Virus record (IMG/VR): IMGVR_UViG_3300026549_000001
Span: 32,001 to 96,000 of that record
Source of the DNA: a virus
Taxonomy: Duplodnaviria; Heunggongvirae; Uroviricota; Caudoviricetes
Reading direction: 5' to 3' (one strand)
DNA: 64,000 nt
This document shows, in pieces, positions 31,787 to 40,866 of the stretch; the stretch's first letter is position 1, and each line of letters starts with the position of its first letter. A program made the position numbers and the translations under genes. The notes beneath the pieces are model-generated. The model worked only from the letters and a program-made list of their open reading frames with translations. It made no database searches and had not been told where the DNA came from.

Positions 31787-33013
31787 TCAAATTATAAGGT
31801 TTACCCGAACAGGGTTTAGTACACACCCAATATCCAATGGTTTTTCAACATCTTGGAATACTTTTCTCATTATTTGATAAGCCCCATTTACATCTGCGTT
31901 TATTAATGTACCATCATTACTTCTAAACAATCCTCTGTTTACTCGTCTTTTTGGGTTATAGTATTCTTTTAAAGGGGGTTCATTATCTAAAAAACTTGTA
32001 CCCGAAGTGTAACTTTCTTCGGATAAAATGAAATTAATACCTTCTTCCTGACATTTATATTTTAATTTTTGTATAAATGAATAGTATGGTATTTGAGCAA
32101 AATTCTTTAGGCGTACCCCCTGTTTTTGATATTTATTGTGTCCAACCACAATAGAGGTAATACCCAAAGAAAGACAATGGTTTACAATATATTTAGAAAC
32201 TCGGTGCAAAAAACAATCTATTTTATCTGCCCTTTTATTTTGCAAACCATATAATAGATGACTATACCCAATATCATTTCCATTTCTATCTAATTCAGCT
32301 TTTACTGAATTAATGCGATAATTGAAGTAGTTATTACAAGATTTTAGACCTTTACCATTTATAATAATTGGTTTATTAAACATATTATCAACAAAGGTTA
32401 CAAAGTTATCTAATCCCAAGTCTATACTACCTATTGCCCCGCATTCATTAATTTGTTCTGAAATATCAATAGTATATATTAATTCCACAATGATTCTTTG
32501 GTTATGGGGTACAAATCTACATTGGTTAAAGTTTACAAGTCTACTATCTTTAATAAATTGTGGTTGAAGTGTAAATCCACACAAAGATTTGCTAAAATGA
32601 ATTAGCCCGTCTTGTTTTAGTCTACAATTTGATTTTGTCAATGAGAATTCAGTTACACCATCTTTTTTCAAATATTTAGGCAGTTGTGGTCTGCCTTTAT
32701 ATTTTGATGGATTATTTTTCCAATCCTTTATAGTAACAAAAAATGATTTCCAATTATCTTCCAAACGGCGAAGAATTTGCTGACTGCCGCTTGATAATTC
32801 TAATTCCCAATAGTCAGGGTATTCTAAATTACTCTTAACTAATTTATCAACCTCGCCATATCTCAACCACTTACCATTTTCAAGAAATTCCTTACGAACA
32901 AGATAATTGCCGTGGTTATATATGTTCTTGGCAATGTGACATTTTTTAAATAAAAGATTGTACCACTTGGATTGTCTATCTATTATATGTTTTTCTGTTC
33001 TTTGCACTAACAC
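31787..33013 (-). mobile_element. tnpB: TnpB (IS200/IS605-superfamily RNA-guided nuclease) with no transposase
   Basis: IDLGLDN, EESYTS and NADVNGA RuvC motifs. Confidence 0.88.
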
Positions 33014-33018
33014 CTATA

Positions 33019-33855
33019 TTATCTCCCCCCATCAATATACTTCCTTCCAAGACAACCCGCACCGTATATAATGTAACCATTTTCATTATAAATAACTTGT
33101 GGTGTTGGTATATCCTTTATTAAATTATTTTTATTAAAATCATCATCAGGGTAGTTATCTATTCCATTAAGAAGATTAAGCAATAAAGAAAGTTGTTTCT
33201 TAAAATCTTCAAATTCGTATATATGGATTAGCCTTATTCCCTTTTCTCTGCATCGTAAGGATTTCATTAAATGATAATCCTCGGAGGTACTATTTTTTGT
33301 ACTGTGCCAAAATAGTCCATTATATTCAATAGCTAATTTAACATCAGGCAAATATATATCTAACTCATACGGGGATATTATTTGTTTTGTATTTTCAATA
33401 ATAGCACCACTATATTGTTTTCTTATAGCCGCTACTATTTTCTTTTCTGTTTTAGAACTTCTATATAGTGTTTTATAGTTTTGTATTAATGGTAATTGAT
33501 TATTAGGTACAAAAATATATTTTTTATAACGCAGAAAATCAATTCTATCTTTTATAGATAGCCAACCTTGCCCGTATTGACTTATAACTTTTTGATAATG
33601 AGTACAATCATTTATTAATTCAAAACGCGCAATATCTTTCTTAATACTTTCAGATAATTGTTTTGTATTTGTAAAAGTGGAATTATTATAACGATTTTGT
33701 TTTGTAGCCATAGATTGCTCCTTGAATCTATCTGTTTCCACATAACTACAAACACCATAGAGTTCTATCATTGTTTATGTAGCTTTCTCTCTGTTATTAT
33801 ATGATGTAGTACCATATAATCTTATTTCTGTTTCTCTGAATTTTTGAGTTATAAA
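33019..33855 (-). pseudogene. 5'-truncated homing endonuclease family gene (intact ORF 33019-33771)
   Basis: Lacks Zn fingers; in-frame TAA two codons upstream of the ATG with family repeat sequence before it. Confidence 0.65.
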
Positions 33856-33879
33856 TGTTCACGAAAAAACAACACTTCA

Positions 33880-34553
33880 TTATTCATTTAGCAGTTTGTT
33901 TATATAGCTTTCGTTTAGCATCAAAGGAAGTCTAAACTCAATATAGACATCTGTTAAATCTTCGGAAGAAAACTCTGCTGTAAGGTCTTCTATATTATAT
34001 GTGCAATTAGCTATAATTTGTTCTGATGGTATATCATCCGCTAAACAGTCTAAAACCTTATCATAATCATCATTGGATAAATTAGTATTGATTGCAACCT
34101 CACCAATATTGTCTACCATATCAAAAGCAGTTATGAGTTCTTCTTCAAGGTTTGGTTGACTAAACATAGAAGTTGCTTGCATTGTAAATGTTAAAATAAT
34201 TTTCATTTATTTCTCCTTCACCCCATTGCATCTAATAAAGTATAAACATCATCGCCTGTTAAATATAATGGAATGTCATACTGTAAAGTTTCATTATTAC
34301 TAAAACACCCTAAAAAACTTAATTCAGAGGCATCGTATGAAAACTTGTGAATCAAGTTATCCATTATTGAAGTGTCTTTCAATACATCATACGCATGAAG
34401 TTTATCAAATTGAATATCACCATAGAAAAACAAACCCTGTGGCTTAAATTTCTTCAAAGCAAGACTATCCTCAACAGCTTTACTTAATGTTGTAATTTTG
34501 TCAAACACTTCATAGGCATTTATAGAGATGCGTAAATAAATTACTAATTTCAT
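33880..34553 (-). CDS. Two small hypothetical proteins, possibly distant paralogs
   Basis: Similar length and pattern (MKIIL/MKLVI..PL.L). Confidence 0.5.
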
Positions 34554-34580
34554 AAAAACCTTCTTTTATCTTTCTTCTTA

Positions 34581-34947
34581 TTATATTATTAACCTACCCA
34601 ATTTTTGATTGTACTTATTGACAGTAATTTGAACTTCATAATTGCGCTGAAACATTGATGGTTCTTTTTTATCCCAAACGGTCTCTCTGCTTCGAGAAAC
34701 AAAATTTGGGATTTCTTTTTTTAGATTTACTGCACCTTTAGTATATAACATATAATACCTCAAATTATAATGGCAGTTTTCCCGCTTCAAGATTATATTT
34801 TGGGACTTCCACCTTTACTTTAATATTTCTTTGAAATCTTGACGGTTCTCTATCAATAAGAGTGTCCTTCTCCCTTACAACAAAGCAAGGTATCTCTTTT
34901 TTGATACTAACCGCACCATGTTTAGTGTAAAGCATATTGTACCTCAC
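34581..34947 (-). CDS. Tandem pair of paralogous ~60-aa proteins
   Basis: RYxMLYTK.GAV..KKEIP.FV.R..EPS.FQRN in both. Confidence 0.7.
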
Positions 34948-34972
34948 TTACAACCATTAGTGTATTGATTTA

Positions 34973-35566
34973 TCAGTCGGACTCCATAGAGAATAGGTCA
35001 GCGACAACCTTCAGGTCTCTACATCTTGTTAAATCCATAGATTGAATTGTAACGGAAATAGTTCTGCTGTCAGATTCAATGTTTACTACATCAAAATATT
35101 TTCCTTCTAATCTGTCCAATGCTTTTCTCCATATATGAGCGGAATATGTACCCATAATAAAGTTATCAATACAATTAAATATAGATATTTTTTGTTTGGC
35201 GTTAATATTTTGCTCGATTACCGCTCGTAAGCTACAAATGACAGGTAACATTTCAGGCGCATACGCATTGGGGTTTTTTACCCATTTTTTATAAAATTCT
35301 TCCAATGCTGTTATACATTCTTCATTATAAGGATAATCTATATTATTCGTTACAAGATAATGCAACCAAGCTCTAAAAAATTCAAACAAATTAGAGGGTT
35401 GACAACTCCAATTTTGTGGCTTATATACAGGATTATCGTTTTGATGGTCTTTTAGATATTGTGGCAGATATGCCCCTTTGACAAAATTCCACCCTGCTCC
35501 ATAACTTTCATTATCTATCATAACTTCCCACACCATAGTTTCTAATATCACATCGAAAGTAAGCAT
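34973..35566 (-). CDS. Hypothetical protein
   Basis: ORF track. Confidence 0.55.
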   Translation of the reverse strand: MLTFDVILETMVWEVMIDNESYGAGWNFVKGAYLPQYLKDHQNDNPVYKPQNWSCQPSNLFEFFRAWLHYLVTNNIDYPYNEECITALEEFYKKWVKNPNAYAPEMLPVICSLRAVIEQNINAKQKISIFNCIDNFIMGTYSAHIWRKALDRLEGKYFDVVNIESDSRTISVTIQSMDLTRCRDLKVVADLFSMESD

Positions 35567-35587
35567 ATCTTAATCCTCTTTAATTAT

Positions 35588-36277
35588 TTATTTTGAATAA
35601 AATACTAATGGCAACATTCCGTCTGAAATTGTCATTACCATATCAGCATTATCATTTTGAGTAGTTATCTCATTTAAAGATAGACTATTTTCTGTAAGGG
35701 AAACATTAAATACTTGTGCTACTGTTTCATCATCTATATTATAAAAAGATAATACATTGTTTTCAAAAGTATATGTTCCATTGTATTCCCATACTATTTC
35801 TTCAAGCAATTCATCTTTTGTTTGTTGTTTAAAAGCATCAAAAGATTCTATTTCTAATACTTCACATAATTTTTCATCTGTGATTTCTTCTCCATCCTCA
35901 ACACCCATTACCGCCATCTGTTTTAGGAAAGCAAGTATTATATCTACATACTTATCCATTGCGGTCATATATGATTCTTTATCCGCTATTCTTACATAAG
36001 TTCCATCTTCATTAAATTTATAACTAATGGTTATATTTATAGGTTCTCCGTCATAAGATGGAAAATCTGCTTCTGCAAGAGAATCCATTAGATTAACAGT
36101 TGTTTGCCAATCCTTAACTATTGTAATAACAGGTTCAGGTGTGTTTGTTGGTGCTTCTGTTGGAGCAACCGTAGGTGTTTCTTTTGGTACGGGTGTTGGA
36201 TTGTTATTGTTAGATGTGCAAGCCAATATTGAAATACACATAATAAAACAAACTATTGCTATGATTATTTTTTTCAC
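35588..36277 (-). CDS. Lipoprotein with Thr/Pro-rich linker
   Basis: ILAC lipobox. Confidence 0.7.
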   Translation of the reverse strand: MKKIIIAIVCFIMCISILACTSNNNNPTPVPKETPTVAPTEAPTNTPEPVITIVKDWQTTVNLMDSLAEADFPSYDGEPINITISYKFNEDGTYVRIADKESYMTAMDKYVDIILAFLKQMAVMGVEDGEEITDEKLCEVLEIESFDAFKQQTKDELLEEIVWEYNGTYTFENNVLSFYNIDDETVAQVFNVSLTENSLSLNEITTQNDNADMVMTISDGMLPLVFYSK

Positions 36278-36308
36278 TTTATAGTTTCCTTTCTTACTTA
36301 TAATATAA

Positions 36309-36782
36309 TCAATCTGGAATTGCTTTCATTTCATAATTCCAAAACTGTAAAATAATATCTATTAAATATGCCTTAATACTTTCTTCTGTTTCATCAAATA
36401 GCCCATCGCATATATCGCCAAAATCGCCTACAAACTCTCCGTTTTTAGTTAATAGAGTCTCACACCAATTATTCTCCCAAATTGTAATATTATATCTATC
36501 AAAATATTCTCCCCAATTTTCTGGGTTTCTAAAAATCTCTACTAATTCTTTTGGAAATTCAGAAGCCCTATAGTAGTTTCTTCCATTATAGGCAACTCGC
36601 ACCTCACCTCGAACATCTATAACAGCCATTTCTTCTTCATTGGAGCATTTCGGTATTTTGTAGGTTAGAGTGACTAATGTTGTTCCACTATCGCAAAGCA
36701 TAGAATCAATACTTGCTTTTTTAATTTCTTCCACATCATATTCAAGATGTACTATTTCTATATCTTCTATGGTAATCTTCAT
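36309..36782 (-). CDS. Hypothetical protein
   Basis: ORF track with RBS. Confidence 0.55.
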   Translation of the reverse strand: MKITIEDIEIVHLEYDVEEIKKASIDSMLCDSGTTLVTLTYKIPKCSNEEEMAVIDVRGEVRVAYNGRNYYRASEFPKELVEIFRNPENWGEYFDRYNITIWENNWCETLLTKNGEFVGDFGDICDGLFDETEESIKAYLIDIILQFWNYEMKAIPD

Positions 36783-36931
36783 TGGTATACTTCCTTATTA
36801 TTAAATAAACTAATTCTCAATACGGTTAAAGATACAACAAATGTATCTATTCGGGAACAGATTGACCTTTCATCCGAAACTACAATTTTCAAAAATTTCA
36901 AAAAATTGAGAAAAATGAAAGTTAAAAATAA

Positions 36932-37141
36932 CCACAATATATAGTGGTTTTATAAAACAGCTAACCACTATATATGGTAGAAAATTAGGTAAAAAACACT
37001 AAAAGTGCCATTTTTGAGCAACTTTTTTACTTTTATGAGTATTTATACATCCTATGCTCGTTTTTGCCCTTTTTTGACTACTGTACTTTTCACCACAATA
37101 TATAGTTATTGTATTTGCTATTTTAATACTATATATTGTGT
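36932..37141. promoter_or_regulatory. Two tandem pairs of NrdR-box-like palindromes
   Basis: 16-mers at 36932, 36965, 37093 and 37126 match acaCwAtATaTwGtgt; 33-bp spacing in both pairs. Confidence 0.65.
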
Positions 37142-37147
37142 AGTAAA

Positions 37148-37483
37148 TTAATCATTAAGATAAATACTTATAATTTTATAGTCACCAAACTCGCCCTCTA
37201 TCCCATAATCATGGTCATAAAAAGGAAGATAATTCCGACTCGCAAAATTGTTTACTCGTTCTTCCGTTACTTCTCTATCTGGGAATATTTGTTTATATTT
37301 TTCTACAATGTCTTCATAAGTTAATATTTGCACTTCTTCAGGAGGGTAAAAGCATTCGTTTGATAACTTTAGACAATTTCTTTCATCTTCTGCCCACTTT
37401 GCATATTGAGATTTAGTCATTACTACAAGAGAGTGGGTTGATGAACTATTAGTTTCAAATGTTCCTATACGCACATTTATCAT
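37148..37483 (-). CDS. FETNSSSTH-motif phage-type protein
   Basis: Paralog of 50898-51185. Confidence 0.65.
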   Translation of the reverse strand: MINVRIGTFETNSSSTHSLVVMTKSQYAKWAEDERNCLKLSNECFYPPEEVQILTYEDIVEKYKQIFPDREVTEERVNNFASRNYLPFYDHDYGIEGEFGDYKIISIYLND

Positions 37484-38045
37484 TTTTTTTCATCCTTATT
37501 TTTCTTATTTGCTTATACGCTTATTTTTTTCTTATATTCTCATTATACATTTTTTTTCTTATATAATAATATTATTATTTATGCTTCATACTATATTCAT
37601 TATTCATTATTCATTAGTTAATCTATTGATATTATTATATATAGTACCCCAATAATAGGGGGGAGATGTTTTACTTAAACAAAAATACTTACAATTTACA
37701 CAGACAAAAAGGAATAGAAAAAAGGCGAATTTGCAAAAAATTTCACACCATAATATTCTATAATAATATTCTTATAACATCACAATTGGCATATTCACTT
37801 CGTTCATATACACAATTGATGATGTTCAATGTTCTTCGCTATGCTTGAACATTGGTAAAGTTATAATTTATTATTTATATTTATTTATACTATACCAATA
37901 ATAGGGGGGAATTCTTTTTCCTTTATTTATAAGCATTTTTTCTATGTATCTATGTAAACTATGTCAAAGTTGTGTCATTTGTGTCAAACCCGTGAAGATT
38001 GTAGCGAAAATATGTATATATTAAAGTCACCTATACTATGAAGTA
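37484..38045. repeat. AT-rich non-coding region with direct repeats; candidate origin
   Basis: CCAATAATAGGGGGGA at 37649 and 37895; tandem TATTCAT; clustered TGTCA. Confidence 0.4.
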
Positions 38046-38808
38046 TTATCTTTCCCCAGTCCACTTGGAAACTAATATCTTATGGTTAGGTGAATGCGGA
38101 AAATAATATGTGAAATTTGATGGTGTAAGCTCTCCACCAAAGGTTGACTTGTGTTTAGTTGTACTGTGTCTATAAGGGTTATATCTTACATATTTCTTTC
38201 GACTATTAAGAAGATTATCATAGTCGTAATTGTCTAACTCAATCATTTCTTCCCAAGTTTTAATATTCATAATAATTAGTCGGTTGTACGATAATAGTAA
38301 GACAGTTCTTCACCTTTTAGGGTGGAGGTTGCATAATTGGCTGTACTATTATACAGTTTATTATAAAGCTCTGCATAGGTTTCATTGACTTCATTATGTT
38401 CCCAAATTTTCCAATTAAGAGCCATAACAAGTTCGGTTAAAACTTTATAGTCTGTTTTTGCATAAGCCATTGCGTTTTTATGTGTGTCCTCTATTGCCTT
38501 AATACCAAAAGCATCGGCAATAGAAAAATCCATATAAAAAGTTGTTATGGGCTTATACCCTGTCATAGCTTCTATATTCCAATCTTTATATTTCATTATA
38601 GATAACCCCCATCTACTAAATCTTTAATATCTATTTCTCCTAAATAAGTATCAAATTCATTTACTATTCTCAAATGAACTATATCCCCGTTTTGTAAGAT
38701 TTCATATAGTCCAAATTTTTTCAAAAAATCTGCATATATTTGCGGATTCTCCTCAATCCAACACATAAGCCTGTCAATATCTATATCTTTAGGTATATTG
38801 TGCATCAT
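38046..38808 (-). CDS. Three small hypothetical proteins
   Basis: ORF track (38046-38270, 38276-38596, 38596-38808). Confidence 0.55.
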
Positions 38809-38821
38809 ATATATCCCTCAT

Positions 38822-39349
38822 TTATATACTTAATTCTCCAAAAGTATTTAGCAAGAAAGCCACTCCTTCTAATGGAACCCAGTAATGAACATCATCAATT
38901 TTTTGGCTTTCTTCTTCTATGGTAAATCTTTTAACAAAGACTTCCCTGTATGTTCCATCCTTAAATGTTATTTGATAACATTCAAAATGGTCTTGACTAA
39001 TATCTATAACTTCCTGAAAAGCAGAATCATCAATACCACCAATTACATAAGAATAAACTAATTTTTTTTGTAAATCATCTACATATCCTAATATTTCACA
39101 AGATATATTTTCTCTCAAAGGAATTTTCCCCTGTGAACAATAATGCTCCACATAATCTTTTGCTTCTTGGGGAAACGCAGAAATATCTACCTCTATAAGA
39201 TGGTCTTTTGAAGCTATCAATGATTTTTCTATTCCATCATTATCTATATAAACTAACTTATAGCAATCGTATAGATGTGTTTGATGGCGTTGTGTAACCT
39301 CTGAACCATCTTTAAATTTATGCTTTCTTTTAACATCTTTCCATTTCAT
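38822..39349 (-). CDS. Free-standing Hint core, middle piece of split intein 2
   Basis: MKWKDVK..DGSEVTQRH..CYKL..KSLIASKDHLI is N2 plus block B (H); no block A or G; likely start ATG 39349. Confidence 0.68.
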   Translation of the reverse strand: MKWKDVKRKHKFKDGSEVTQRHQTHLYDCYKLVYIDNDGIEKSLIASKDHLIEVDISAFPQEAKDYVEHYCSQGKIPLRENISCEILGYVDDLQKKLVYSYVIGGIDDSAFQEVIDISQDHFECYQITFKDGTYREVFVKRFTIEEESQKIDDVHYWVPLEGVAFLLNTFGELSI

Positions 39350-39450
39350 AAAAAAACATTCCTTCAATTGTGTATATTTCAAATCTCCTTGCATATAATA
39401 ATACCAACAGCGAGAAAAACGCTTAATAATTATAAAGGAGATTTTATAGT

Positions 39451-39657
39451 ATGAAAATCAATGGTATTCACACGGAGCAGGGACAAATCCTCTATTATAG
39501 GCTTGACAATGGGAGAATTGTTACACCCAATGAGTGCATAGACCTTATACGAGAGGGTTCTATTGAAAATGGCACATTGAGCAAGAGTAAGAAAGGATTG
39601 GTGTTCATTAAGAATAAGCACCGTAACTCTAAACTTACTGATTTTGAAGCCTTTTAA
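39451..39657 (+). CDS. DUF3892-like small protein; only convincing plus-strand gene
   Basis: AAAGGAG RBS; YRLDNG..T..E.IDLI..G.I; followed by a hairpin. Confidence 0.6.
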   Translation: MKINGIHTEQGQILYYRLDNGRIVTPNECIDLIREGSIENGTLSKSKKGLVFIKNKHRNSKLTDFEAF

Positions 39658-39660
39658 GTA

Positions 39661-39684
39661 TAAGGGGGAAAACGCTCCCCCTTA
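39661..39684. terminator. Terminator between convergent genes
   Basis: taagggg...cccctta hairpin. Confidence 0.65.
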
Positions 39685-39697
39685 TTTTTATATGTAA

Positions 39698-40849
39698 TTA
39701 TTGTTGTTCTCCACGCACAAACACTTTCCATTCAGTTGCAAACGGAGTTACACAAGTTGCGTGAAATATAACATCGTTAAACTGTTTGCGTAATTTATAA
39801 TATATCGGGTTTGGGGAATCGGTTTGTCCATATAAACCTGTTTCGTATTCTGTATCGGATAAAGCAACAAACCCATGCTTTTTAAGAATATCCTCTGATA
39901 AAAACACATTTAATCTCTCACACGGAGCTTCTAACAAATATGCTATATATACATCGGCATCCTTAACCGCACAGTCCGAGCAATATATTTCACCCTCTGT
40001 CGGCTCGAAGTAATTTCTTCTCCAGTCAGCCATATACATTGGGGTAATACGCCTACACCCATCGCAAATATAAGCCTCGTCTGAATAATAAAAAGCATCA
40101 GCTATATAATATATAAAGGCACATTGACTTTTTAATTTGGTATCATAATCTTCTTGTGTGATATAAGAATTAGCTAATAATATTTCTCCTATTTTTGAAT
40201 TAACTTGTTCCATATCTTCTACAGATTGAAATAACATTGCCATTTGTCCATAGCTGTCTTTCCTATATTCATAATAACAATTTGTGGCTTCTTGTAATTC
40301 TTTTAATACAGTAGCTACCATTTATTACCTCTTTTAAGAAATAGATGCAGTTATAGTGTCTGCCCAACTTACTACGGAGTCAAAGTCAGATTCTTCAAGG
40401 TCATCGTATTCGTCTACTGTTAATCCGATAACATAGGTAATAGAACCCGTAGGAACATCATGAGAAGATTCACACAACTTTATACATTTGTTAGTATTGG
40501 ATATTACGGAAAAACTAACCTCATAGCCTCTCTCAAAGGCTTTTCCAATTGTGTCCACTATTTTATATCCACTTGCACCGTTCCATCTGCAACCGTGAGC
40601 CATAACAAGATAATGGGGAAATTTATCTATGAGTGTTTCTACATAATATTCAAACTCATCTTTCATAAATTCGCTACTATCCCAATGAACATATTTATCG
40701 GGTATGTCAAACTTATAAATAGTGGCAAGGTCAACAGACATACCATCTTCTACATCATCATACCCAATATCAGCAAACATCTTTTTTACATTTTCATCAT
40801 CCCCGTTTTCTACATATACATAAGTAAACATATCAAACAAGTTATCCAT
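39698..40849 (-). CDS. Two hypothetical proteins (39698-40321 and 40334-40849)
   Basis: ORF track. Confidence 0.55.
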
Positions 40850-40866
40850 AACAATTCTTCTCCTAA

